Assembly (NCBI GenBank): GCA_018819285.1
Contig: JAHJQM010000010.1
Location: 10,930 to 74,929 of the forward strand
Reading direction: 5' to 3'
Length of the DNA: 64,000 nt
Source: Candidatus Omnitrophota bacterium
GTDB taxonomy: Bacteria > Omnitrophota > Gorgyraeia > Gorgyraeales > Gorgyraeaceae
A program made the position numbers and the translations under genes. Of this stretch, positions 20,065 through 28,806 are shown in pieces; the first letter of the stretch is position 1; each line of letters opens with the position of its first letter. The notes beneath the pieces are model-generated. The model searched no databases. It saw nothing but the letters and a program-made list of their open reading frames with translations, and was not told the DNA's origin.

Positions 20065-21201
20065 TTGGATAAGTCTAAAGATATTTTGATTATACCAAGA
20101 TATCAGGTTGCTTTAAGATTCATAGAGATTCCTTCTACAGATCCTTCTGAGATTAAGAGCATGATGGAATTTCAGACCTTTAAAGAATCGCCCTATCAAA
20201 AGAAAGAGATCATAACAAGCTTCAGAAATATAGGATCTTATAAAAAAGGATTTTCTTGTATAATGCTGGCTATCGCAAAAAGACAGCACATAGAAGAGAT
20301 AATGGCGCAAAATGGGGCAAAGCCGGAGAATATAAGACTGGAGACAGAGCTATTATATTTATACCTCTTAAAAAAAAGCATAGTTAAGCAGGACAAGGTG
20401 AGCTTGGTTATAAATATCCGGAGAGATTATTTAGAAATTATGATAATAGATAATATAAAACCTGTTTTTTCAAGAGGGCTGAGCAGCTTGGAGGGATGGC
20501 TGGAAGAAATAAAGCGGTCTCTATCCTCATACAAAAGAGATAAAAATAATAAAGAAATAGAAAAACTAGTTGTTATGCATAGCTCAAATCTGAGCATGGA
20601 AGATATAAGGTTTAATATAAAAACGTTTTTTTCAATCCCTGCGAATTTTTATGAATATGAAGAGAATTTGAACAGCCTGGATATGCCTCTCGAGGTAGAT
20701 CTTTTGCCAATAGAATATATTGATAAAAGATTGAATAAGGAGAACATAAGGCAGGTTTTCCTGACATATTTTCTTCTACTTATTGTCATGGCCATGCTGG
20801 CATCTTTTTTTATTTTTAAGATCCGGGAAAAAAATAAAACAATTTTAGCGATTTCCGAAAAAACTGATAAAATCCAGAAAGATGCAGACCGATTGAATCT
20901 TTTTCTTAAAAAGACAGGGCTTCTGAAATCTCAGAAGGAAGAAGGTGAGCGCATCGTAAATATTCTAAAAGAGTGTTATGAACTTGTACCGCAGGACATA
21001 TCTCTTGCAGGCTTGGATTATGGCGAAAAAGACATTCTTTATTGTAAAGGTATAGCTAGATATATGCCTAGCGTATTTAATTTCATAAAGGTTCTTGAAA
21101 AATCAAAATATTTCAAAAAGATAGAAGTGAAATACGCGACAAAGAAAGAAATAGAAAATCAGGAGTTTACTGATTTCAGCATAGCATGTTTTACGCATTG
21201 A
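20065..21201 (+). CDS. GspL/PilM-PilN-like assembly platform protein
   Basis: Cytoplasmic actin-like segment, DLLP motif, one TM helix, PilN-like periplasmic domain; operon position. Confidence 0.65.
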   Translation: MDKSKDILIIPRYQVALRFIEIPSTDPSEIKSMMEFQTFKESPYQKKEIITSFRNIGSYKKGFSCIMLAIAKRQHIEEIMAQNGAKPENIRLETELLYLYLLKKSIVKQDKVSLVINIRRDYLEIMIIDNIKPVFSRGLSSLEGWLEEIKRSLSSYKRDKNNKEIEKLVVMHSSNLSMEDIRFNIKTFFSIPANFYEYEENLNSLDMPLEVDLLPIEYIDKRLNKENIRQVFLTYFLLLIVMAMLASFFIFKIREKNKTILAISEKTDKIQKDADRLNLFLKKTGLLKSQKEEGERIVNILKECYELVPQDISLAGLDYGEKDILYCKGIARYMPSVFNFIKVLEKSKYFKKIEVKYATKKEIENQEFTDFSIACFTH

Positions 21202-21202
21202 T

Positions 21203-21712
21203 ATGATTCCTGTAAACCTTTCAAAAAGAGAAAAATGTATTTTTATCATAACGATAATTTTCACTATTATTGCATTATTGTATAATTTTATATTTAAGCC
21301 TGGCCTTATGAAATTACAGATTTTGAATAACGAGATAACAGCTAAAACGGCTATAATGAATAAAGGCATTAGATTGAAAGATAGAAAAGACTCTATTATC
21401 CAGGAATATAATAGGTATGCAAAATCTACTAAAAATATATCCAAGATTTTGAGCGAAGTGGAAAGCTATGCGGATTCTATCGGTATAAAAACTAGCAATA
21501 TAAAACCTGGCCAGGCAATGGAGATGGGGTTTTATAAGGAATATGCTGTAGAGCTTCAGATAGAAGGGGGACTAAAAGATATTATTAAATTCCTATCAGA
21601 GCTTGCGAAACTGCCAACCCTAGCGGTGTTAAAGAAATTTAATTTCAGGCTTATCTCACAAAATCCATCTATTTTCAAAGGCACAATAATCTTTTCCAAA
21701 ATCATCATATAA
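21203..21712 (+). CDS. GspM/PilO-like protein
   Basis: LSKREK followed by a TM helix, coiled coil and ferredoxin-like PilO-type C-terminus. Confidence 0.7.
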   Translation: MIPVNLSKREKCIFIITIIFTIIALLYNFIFKPGLMKLQILNNEITAKTAIMNKGIRLKDRKDSIIQEYNRYAKSTKNISKILSEVESYADSIGIKTSNIKPGQAMEMGFYKEYAVELQIEGGLKDIIKFLSELAKLPTLAVLKKFNFRLISQNPSIFKGTIIFSKIII

Positions 21713-21728
21713 CCACAATGTCGCCGTT

Positions 21729-21763
21729 ATGTTACAAAACAAGTCATACTCGTTTTGTAACAT
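21729..21763. repeat. Palindromic repeat family E, copy 1
   Basis: atgttacaaaac-aagtcatactc-gttttgtaacat. Confidence 0.9.
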
Positions 21764-21780
21764 TTGAAACCGCCCTATAC

Positions 21781-21809
21781 TTGACATTTTGCATATCATG
21801 GTATATACT
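21781..21809 (+). promoter_or_regulatory. Sigma70 promoter upstream of the MerR-like/exeA/gspD module
   Basis: TTGACA-17-TATACT. Confidence 0.7.
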
Positions 21810-21831
21810 TACTCTCTAAATGGAGAGTAAG
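21808..21831. promoter_or_regulatory. Operator-like inverted repeat overlapping the predicted transcription start
   Basis: cttactctc-taaatg-gagagtaag. Confidence 0.5.
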
Positions 21832-21856
21832 CTATCGCTGTCTATATGGATAGTTG

Positions 21857-21893
21857 TAAGTTTACACTCTAACATTGTCATGGTGTAAACTTA
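21857..21893. repeat. Palindromic repeat family A, copy 3 (TTTACAC/GTGTAAA variant)
   Basis: taagtttacactctaacattgtcatggtgtaaactta. Confidence 0.9.
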
Positions 21894-21901
21894 TATAAGA
21901 T

Positions 21902-21985
21902 TAATTCCTTAGCCAATTGCGCGTCAGCTGCTTCACTTTGCGAAGTAAAGTAGCGGGAGAGAAATTCAGAGGTGATTATACATTG
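21902..21985 (+). repeat. Repeat family C, copy 2 (carries the SD and TTG start of the MerR-like gene)
   Basis: taattccttagccaatt...aaattcagaggtgattatacaTTG. Confidence 0.85.
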
Positions 21986-22222
21986 GAAAAGATATATTTG
22001 ATAAAAGACTTAGCAAGATTGAGCGGGCAGACAGTTTACACGCTTAAATATTATCTGAATATCGGGCTTATTAAGGAGGTCGCTAGAAGCCCTGAGACTA
22101 ATTTTAGGTATTTTGATGATACTACATTAGAAAGATTAAAGAGAATCAGGGAATTGCGTAAAGAGAATAAGTCAATAGCAGAGATAAAAGATATTTTGGG
22201 TTTGACCACTTCAATCGCGTAG
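21983..22222 (+). CDS. Small MerR-family HTH DNA-binding protein
   Basis: IYLIKDLARLSG..YTLKYYLNIGLI...NFRYFD...LERLKRIRELR...SIAEI; no effector domain; start moved to TTG 21983 after the GAGGTGA SD. Confidence 0.85.
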   Translation: MEKIYLIKDLARLSGQTVYTLKYYLNIGLIKEVARSPETNFRYFDDTTLERLKRIRELRKENKSIAEIKDILGLTTSIA

Positions 22223-22230
22223 ATTACCTA

Positions 22231-22265
22231 ATGTTACAAAATAAGTCATACTAGTTTTGTAACAT
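22231..22265. repeat. Palindromic repeat family E, copy 2
   Basis: atgttacaaaat-aagtcatacta-gttttgtaacat; direct repeat of 21729-21763. Confidence 0.9.
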
Positions 22266-22281
22266 AAGAGGTTTTTTAGAG

Positions 22282-23112
22282 ATGTCATACTATAGCGTAC
22301 TAAACTTAAATAAAGAGCCGTTTTCAACAAGCCCTGATCCATATTTCTTTTATCCATCTATTTCGCATAAGCAAGCAATGCAAAGGCTTGAAATAGCCGT
22401 CAGATTAAAAAGAGGCCTTAGCGTTATTTTAGGCGATGTGGGCATTGGAAAAACTACTCTTGCAAGAGCCTTTATACAGGAGCTGCACTCTACTAATGGA
22501 GCCATAACTCATATGATATTGGACCCTACCTATGATTCGGAATTTCAATTTGTAACAACCCTCGCTAAGCTTTTCGGAATAAAGGGCTCATTTCGCTCTA
22601 CTCTGGATTATAAAGAAGCAATAGAAAGGTTTTTATTTAAGAAATGCGTTAATGAAAGCCATGTAATATCCCTAATTATAGACGAAGGACAGAAAATGAG
22701 TTTAGCTACATTAGAACTCTTGCGCACTCTTTTAAATTACGAGACCAATGAATACAAGCTTCTCCAGCTTGTTATCATGGGCCAGATGGAACTTTTGCCT
22801 AAACTGCAGCGTATAAATAACTTTTCAGATAGAATTAGTTTAAAATACATACTGAATCCATTGGATTATAATGAGACGAAAAACATGATAGAATTCAGGC
22901 TAAAACAGGCAGGCGCTGCATCGGGCAAGGAGATATTTACAGAAAAGGCAATACTGATGATATATCAATATACTCAAGGTTACCCTAGAAAGATTGCTGC
23001 TGTATGTCATAATCTATTGGAAGAGCTTGTAATGAGAGATAGAAAGATTATTGAGGAGGATCTGGTGAACGAGGTAATAGAAAAGGATAGAAAGGTGGTT
23101 TTGATATCATGA
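22282..23112 (+). CDS. ExeA/GspA-family AAA ATPase
   Basis: EPFSTSPDP, GDVGIGKTT, IIDEGQ, GQMEL and GYPRKI motifs; no C-terminal PG-binding extension. Confidence 0.9.
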   Translation: MSYYSVLNLNKEPFSTSPDPYFFYPSISHKQAMQRLEIAVRLKRGLSVILGDVGIGKTTLARAFIQELHSTNGAITHMILDPTYDSEFQFVTTLAKLFGIKGSFRSTLDYKEAIERFLFKKCVNESHVISLIIDEGQKMSLATLELLRTLLNYETNEYKLLQLVIMGQMELLPKLQRINNFSDRISLKYILNPLDYNETKNMIEFRLKQAGAASGKEIFTEKAILMIYQYTQGYPRKIAAVCHNLLEELVMRDRKIIEEDLVNEVIEKDRKVVLIS

Positions 23113-23633
23113 TAGAGTCTACCCCTGAAGAGAAACTTTTGAATCTTATTAAAAAAGGCCAGTCAAAGGTAAGGTTTGGCAAGGATTTGAAGATATTCAC
23201 AAAGGTGAATATGATATTAATCAGTCTTATAGCAGTAATTACAGTTGTTTTCCTGGCAGATATTTTTATTTTTAAAAAGGACCCTTCGTTAGAGCCTGTT
23301 ATTGTAGGTACTCAACAGACTAAAGCGCCTCAGGCGCTTCAAATGCAACCAGCAGCAGCAGAAAAAATAGAAGAAGATAGTGTAATGGATCATGCCAGCC
23401 TGGATAAAAATATAAATATAAAAAAGATCTCCAAAGAAGAGATTTTGGGGAATCTTAATTTGTTAGGTATTATTACAGGCGATAATAATCAGGCAATCAT
23501 AGAGGATAAAACTTTAAAGAAAACGTTTTTTCTTTATAAAGGCGACTTGTTTGGAGAATTAAAGGTATATGATATAAGAGATAGCGTAGTGATTTTAGAA
23601 TATAAAGGAGAAAAAATAGAATTAAATATATAG
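23109..23633 (+). CDS. GspB/GspC(HR)-like single-TM periplasmic protein
   Basis: TPEEKLL N-terminus, TM helix, LNLLGII...AIIED...GD...VILEYKGEKIEL (PilP/GspC-HR-like beta domain). Confidence 0.6.
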   Translation: MIESTPEEKLLNLIKKGQSKVRFGKDLKIFTKVNMILISLIAVITVVFLADIFIFKKDPSLEPVIVGTQQTKAPQALQMQPAAAEKIEEDSVMDHASLDKNINIKKISKEEILGNLNLLGIITGDNNQAIIEDKTLKKTFFLYKGDLFGELKVYDIRDSVVILEYKGEKIELNI

Positions 23634-23669
23634 ATTCCAAACGATTTGTAATATAAATGGAGAAAATAT

Positions 23670-25661
23670 ATGAAAAAACTTATTATCGGCATGCTATTAT
23701 TTCTAGCATTTTCAAGCCTGGTTTTTGGAGCGCACCAGGATGACTCAGATTTGATATCGCTGGATCTAAAGGGTATGGACATAAGGGATGTATTCAAGAT
23801 TTTATCACAGAAGAGCGGGCTTAATATAGCGGTTGATAGCGGAGTGAACGGAACAATCACGCTTTATTTAAAGGATGTGAGCATTATGGATGCCATAAGC
23901 ATAATTGCCTCGACCAATAAACTTGCTTATGAGCAGACAGGCACGCTTATGAGAATTATGAATGAAAAAGATTATGAAAAGGCCTATGGAAAAAGTTTTG
24001 ACGATAAGAAGAGAACAGAGGTTATTAAGCTGAATTACGCTAACGCTGTTGAAGTAGGGCAGGCCTTGAATCAGATGAAGTCTGATATGGGCAAGGTTAT
24101 ACCGGAAGATGTTTCTAACACCATAGTTATAATAGATACTTCTGAGAATATTGTAAAGATGAGAGATGTTGTTTCAAAGATGGATATACGGTTAGTTACA
24201 GAAGTTTTTTCTCTTGATTATGCAAAGGCAGAATTGCTTAAGGATAAAATAGGCGAGATGGTTTCTAAGGGCGCTGGAAGCGTAAGGTTTGACGAAAAGA
24301 CAAACAAGCTTGTAGTTAAAGATACACAGGAGAAGATAGATGATATTCGCAAAGTAATAGATGCATTTGATGAAAAAACAAGGCAGGTCCTGATAGACGC
24401 CAGTATTATCCAGGTAACGCTTTCGGATAAGTATAGTTATGGGATAGACTGGACAAATATAGCAAAGCTTGGAGATATAAGGCTTACAGGCGATACGAAT
24501 CTTAGTACAGGCTTGTCAAATGTAACTCCGTCAACCCTCAGTATAGCTACTACAGGCGGAAATTATTCCGCAATAGTCAGCTTATTAAAAACATACGGAG
24601 AGGCCAATGTTTTGTCAAGGCCCAGGATTACGGTTCTTGACAGACAAGAGGCTAAAATCCTGGTAGGCGCAAAAGAGGTCTATGTTACAAGCGAGGTTAC
24701 AACTACAAGCGGAGGCACATATCACACTACAGACCATGTCCAGTTTGTAGATGTAGGCGTCAGGCTTGCAGTGACTCCAGAGATCAATAAGGCAGGTTTT
24801 GTTACATTGAAGATAAAACCAGAAGTCTCTAGCGCTGATGCAACAAAGACAGTGGAGTTAAAAAATCCTGATGGTTCTACAAGGACAATAGTGCCTTACG
24901 TGACTACTTCTGAAGCAGATACTCATGTTTCAGTGAAAGATGGGTCAACTATAATAATAGGTGGATTAATAAAAGATACCATGGTAGATCATAGAGAAAA
25001 GGTACCTTTTTTAGGGGATGTGCCTTTAATAGGAAAACTTTTTTCTACCAAAGGTAAGACCAAAGAAAAAACAGAACTCGTAATATTTCTGACTCCGCAT
25101 ATTATTGAGGGAGACAAAACTACAGAAGAGACGCAAAGGTATATAGCTGACTGGGATAAAAAGGCGGAAGAGATAAAGATAGAAGAACCGAAGGAGCCGG
25201 AGATTAAGTTATCTAAGCGAGCGCCTGAGAAAAAAGAAAAACAGCTAAAACAAAAGACAGCCACTGGAGAAGTTGCAGCTAAGAAAAAAGGACAACCAAA
25301 ACAAAAATGGGCACCTATTTTAGGTTCAGGGGGTGGCGAAGAATTGGAAGATAGCGCCACAAAATCGTCAGTTACTAATAGGACGCCTTATGAAGAATAC
25401 TATTTAAATATAGGACAGGAAATTAATGATTTAGCAAAACAGGATAAGGATGTTAGCGGGATAAATGGAGAGGTGGAGCTAAAGTTTACGCTGGATAAAG
25501 AAGGTTTTTTAATAAGAGGACCTATAGTGCTCAATCAGCCTGATCTCAGGCTTGTGAGAAGCGCTGTAAAAATCGTAAAAAAAGCAGCGCCATTCAGTGG
25601 TTTTCCAAAGGCGTTAAATAAGGATCAGGCAGATTTTAATGTAGTGGTAAGGTATGAATAA
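23670..25661 (+). CDS. gspD: Secretin (GspD/PilQ family) with STN/N domains and a C-terminal TonB-C-like extension
   Basis: Signal peptide, ISLDLKGMDIRDV (STN/N0), QVLIDA, LSRPRI, IIIGGLI...KVPFLGDVPLIGKLF...ELVIFLTPHI secretin motifs. Confidence 0.9.
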   Translation: MKKLIIGMLLFLAFSSLVFGAHQDDSDLISLDLKGMDIRDVFKILSQKSGLNIAVDSGVNGTITLYLKDVSIMDAISIIASTNKLAYEQTGTLMRIMNEKDYEKAYGKSFDDKKRTEVIKLNYANAVEVGQALNQMKSDMGKVIPEDVSNTIVIIDTSENIVKMRDVVSKMDIRLVTEVFSLDYAKAELLKDKIGEMVSKGAGSVRFDEKTNKLVVKDTQEKIDDIRKVIDAFDEKTRQVLIDASIIQVTLSDKYSYGIDWTNIAKLGDIRLTGDTNLSTGLSNVTPSTLSIATTGGNYSAIVSLLKTYGEANVLSRPRITVLDRQEAKILVGAKEVYVTSEVTTTSGGTYHTTDHVQFVDVGVRLAVTPEINKAGFVTLKIKPEVSSADATKTVELKNPDGSTRTIVPYVTTSEADTHVSVKDGSTIIIGGLIKDTMVDHREKVPFLGDVPLIGKLFSTKGKTKEKTELVIFLTPHIIEGDKTTEETQRYIADWDKKAEEIKIEEPKEPEIKLSKRAPEKKEKQLKQKTATGEVAAKKKGQPKQKWAPILGSGGGEELEDSATKSSVTNRTPYEEYYLNIGQEINDLAKQDKDVSGINGEVELKFTLDKEGFLIRGPIVLNQPDLRLVRSAVKIVKKAAPFSGFPKALNKDQADFNVVVRYE

Positions 25662-25702
25662 TTCTCTTGACGTATTAAAGATAATAATATAATCTATCTA
25701 CC

Positions 25703-26653
25703 ATGTTAAAATATCTTATATTATCTATATTATTTATAGTTTTTACACAGCTTGGGTTTGCAGAACCTGTCGGGACTGTTGAAGATAGTAAATCTTCATG
25801 GTATGCGGTAATTGGAACTGAGAATAAAGGCAAAAAACTTTACATGAAAGGAGATCTCTTTTCTCCTGATAAAAATCCCGCAAAGTCTCTCAGGATATTA
25901 GATATAAAAAAGAATAGCCTTGTATTAGAAGATGTGATCTTAAAGAATAGCATTATAGTAAGGCCGGGAGAAAATATCCCAATAGAAGGAGCTGGGATGA
26001 TTTTTGAAAAAACAGTTGAATCCAGCGTATTGGAGTATAATTATAATAAACCCCCTAAAAAATTTACAAAAAATCAGTTAGAAGATTTTACGATAAAAAG
26101 CCTGGAAAAGAAAAAGATCGTGCTGGAAAAGCCTTATAACGCTTCTTCCCAGGTGAAACAACTTTCAAATAAGGAAAAGGAGATTTTTAATAGCCCCAGA
26201 GATCAGGATGCAGATAAAAATGTCATCATAACAGAACTTTTTAATAAAATAGATTCAAAGAAAATAGGCGATAATGTATGGGTGCTGGATAGGCCGAGCG
26301 CTGAATCTGCGATACGCAATGCAGGCGTTGCTCTTATCTCTGCAATAAAAAGAGTTGAACCGAGATACAGGCTGGGAGAAGGCCCAAGCTTAAAATTTAA
26401 CACAGATCTTGGGGCAGCAGTAGTGAATAAAGAAGGGTTTCTGGTACAGAGTATAGCTGTTGCAAAGCTTACAGAGAACTTTGGTATAAGAAAGGGTGAT
26501 ATTATCAAGAGCATAAATGGATACCCCGTGAATAGCCTTCTTGGGATATACAGGGCGTACGAGAATATTACGTCAGATAAAGGCGCCAAGTTTTTAAGTC
26601 TTAATATTGCAAGGGATGGAAAGACGAAGACATTGGTTTATAAAATAAAATAA
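25703..26653 (+). CDS. Exported protein with C-terminal PDZ domain (GspC-like)
   Basis: Signal peptide; FGIRKGDIIKSING...IARDGK PDZ pattern; follows the secretin gene. Confidence 0.6.
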   Translation: MLKYLILSILFIVFTQLGFAEPVGTVEDSKSSWYAVIGTENKGKKLYMKGDLFSPDKNPAKSLRILDIKKNSLVLEDVILKNSIIVRPGENIPIEGAGMIFEKTVESSVLEYNYNKPPKKFTKNQLEDFTIKSLEKKKIVLEKPYNASSQVKQLSNKEKEIFNSPRDQDADKNVIITELFNKIDSKKIGDNVWVLDRPSAESAIRNAGVALISAIKRVEPRYRLGEGPSLKFNTDLGAAVVNKEGFLVQSIAVAKLTENFGIRKGDIIKSINGYPVNSLLGIYRAYENITSDKGAKFLSLNIARDGKTKTLVYKIK

Positions 26654-26660
26654 TAATAAA

Positions 26661-26784
26661 TAGCTAACTAAAAAGTCAAAAGTCAAAAGTAAAAAGTTAA
26701 AATTAAAAAGATACAATACAAAGGAAATAAAGGTTTTGAATTTTTAATTGTAGTTTTGACTTTTTAGTTTTTACTTTTAAGCTA
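26661..26784. repeat. Heptamer-repeat imperfect hairpin (family F, copy 2)
   Basis: tagc..aaaagtc aaaagtc aaaagta aaaagtt ... tttgact ttttagt ttttact tttaagcta. Confidence 0.8.
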
Positions 26785-26809
26785 ATCTATTATACAGAAA
26801 GGGGATATT

Positions 26810-27964
26810 ATGGATTATCTATTGACAGAAGAACAGGTAATGATAAGGGATATTGCGAGACAGATTGCACAGGAAAAGATAAAGCCTGTTGCGGCGAAGT
26901 ATGACGCAGAAGGTATTTTCCCGTGGGATATAGTGAAGATAATGGCTGCGAGCGACTTATGTGGCATATATATTGAAGAAAAATATGGCGGAACAGGCGG
27001 AGGAGCCATGGAGCTGGTGCTCGCGACTGAAGAATTATCCAGAGCGTGCGGCGGCATTTCACTTGCTTTTGCTGCAACAGCGCTTGGCACATTCCCTATA
27101 ATTTTATTTGGCACAGAAGAACAAAAAAAGAAATATCTGCCTGATATAGCTAAAGGAAAAAAATTAGCCGCGTTCGGTTTGACTGAAGCAGGCGCTGGAA
27201 GCGACGCAGGCGCTATTGCTACAACCGCAGAGAAAAAAGGCGATCATTATGTTTTAAACGGCACAAAGCAATGGATTACTAATGGCGGAGAAGCAGAAGT
27301 TTATACGGTTGTTGCGTCTACAGACAGATCCAAGGGAGCGCGCGGCGCAGCAGCGTTTATTGTTGAAAAAGGCATGAAGGGTTTTGAATTCGGCAAAAAG
27401 GAAGATAAGATGGGCATACGGGCGTCTGCTACGAGAGAGCTCGTATTTACAGATTGCAAAATCCCAAAGGAAAACCTGCTCGCGAAGGAAGGTATGGGAT
27501 TTATTGTGGCAATGAAAACATTTGACCAGTCAAGGCCAGGAGTAGCTGCACAGGCAGTAGGGATTGCCCAGGGCGCGCTTGATCTGACAGTTCAATATAT
27601 GAAAGAAAGAAAGCAGTTCGGGAAAAGTATAACTAGTTTTCAGGGCCTGCAGTTTATGCTGGCTGATATGGCTACTGAGATAGAGGCATCAAGGGCGCTG
27701 GTGTATGCATGCGCCCGCATGCTTGACAGCGGTAATACAAAGGTTTCAAAAGATTCTGCTATGGCAAAACTTTTTGCTTCTGATGTTGCAATGAAGGTGA
27801 CAACAGACTGTGTACAGTTATTCGGCGGTTACGGCTATATGAGAGATTATCCTATTGAGAAATATATGCGCGACGCAAAGATTACACAGATATATGAAGG
27901 CACTAATCAGATACAGCGCAGTATTATTGCAAATCATCTGATCAAGGAAAGCGCTGCGAAATGA
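26810..27964 (+). CDS. Acyl-CoA dehydrogenase (butyryl-CoA/caffeyl-CoA type)
   Basis: FGLTEAGAGSD, GTKQWITNG, ERKQFG, GGYGY and IYEGTNQIQ motifs. Confidence 0.95.
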   Translation: MDYLLTEEQVMIRDIARQIAQEKIKPVAAKYDAEGIFPWDIVKIMAASDLCGIYIEEKYGGTGGGAMELVLATEELSRACGGISLAFAATALGTFPIILFGTEEQKKKYLPDIAKGKKLAAFGLTEAGAGSDAGAIATTAEKKGDHYVLNGTKQWITNGGEAEVYTVVASTDRSKGARGAAAFIVEKGMKGFEFGKKEDKMGIRASATRELVFTDCKIPKENLLAKEGMGFIVAMKTFDQSRPGVAAQAVGIAQGALDLTVQYMKERKQFGKSITSFQGLQFMLADMATEIEASRALVYACARMLDSGNTKVSKDSAMAKLFASDVAMKVTTDCVQLFGGYGYMRDYPIEKYMRDAKITQIYEGTNQIQRSIIANHLIKESAAK

Positions 27965-28743
27965 ATGTCATTGTATGTATAAAACAGGTTCCGGATACAA
28001 CAAATGTCAGGATAGACCCTGAGACAAATACCCTGGTACGTTCAGGCGTCCAGAGTATAATAAATCCGTTTGACATGTATGCCATTGAAGAGGCTGTAAG
28101 GCTCAAAGAGAAATTCGGGGGCCTCGTGACTATAGTAACAATGGGCCCTCCTCAGGCAGAAGAGGCGTTGCGCGAGGCAATATCTCTGGGAGGCGATGAA
28201 GCTGTGCTGATTTCAGACAGGGCATTTGCAGGAAGCGATACATGGGCTACCAGCTATACGCTTTCAAAGGCTATTCAGAAAATAGGAAAATTTGACATTG
28301 TAATCTGCGGAAAACAGGCGATAGACGGCGATACTGCCCAAGTGGGGCCTGGCATTGCCGCATTTTTGGATATACCTCAAATAACTTTTGTTAAGAAGAT
28401 AGAAGATATAAAAGATTCTTTCATGCGCGCAGAAAGGATGACAGAAGAAGGTTATGATATTGTTGAATCGCCTTTGCCATGCCTTATTACTGTGGTTAAA
28501 GAAATTAACGAGCCAAGGCTACCTTCTTTAAAAGGCAAGATGAGGGCAAAAAAAATAGAAATTAAAAAACTAGAAGCAAAAGACTTGGACACAGACCCTG
28601 ATTTGCTTGGGCTAAAAGGATCTCCTACAAAAGTCGTCAAGATATTTACGCCTCCTCCGAGAAAAGGCGGCCAGATTTTAGAGGGGGAAGCAAAGGATGT
28701 TTGTGCGAAGTTAGTAGAGTTATTAAAAAGCGAGGTTTGTTAA
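27961..28743 (+). CDS. etfB: Electron transfer flavoprotein beta subunit
   Basis: CIKQVPD, NPFD, AGSDTWAT, GKQAIDGDTAQVGP and NEPR motifs. Confidence 0.96.
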   Translation: MNVIVCIKQVPDTTNVRIDPETNTLVRSGVQSIINPFDMYAIEEAVRLKEKFGGLVTIVTMGPPQAEEALREAISLGGDEAVLISDRAFAGSDTWATSYTLSKAIQKIGKFDIVICGKQAIDGDTAQVGPGIAAFLDIPQITFVKKIEDIKDSFMRAERMTEEGYDIVESPLPCLITVVKEINEPRLPSLKGKMRAKKIEIKKLEAKDLDTDPDLLGLKGSPTKVVKIFTPPPRKGGQILEGEAKDVCAKLVELLKSEVC

Positions 28744-28749
28744 AAGCTG

Positions 28750-28786
28750 TAAGTTGACAAACTAACATTGTCAGAGTGTAAACTTT
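28750..28786. repeat. Palindromic repeat family A, copy 4 (degenerate)
   Basis: taagttgacaaactaacattgtcagagtgtaaacttt. Confidence 0.85.
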
Positions 28787-28806
28787 GGCTAAGCGGAAAA
28801 AGTGTT

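Noticed and set aside
21710-21737. Possible dif site (ttatgttacaa resembles the XerD arm TTATGTTAAAT)
   Set aside because: No XerC-like arm ending in CATAA 6 nt upstream; the match is explained by repeat family E
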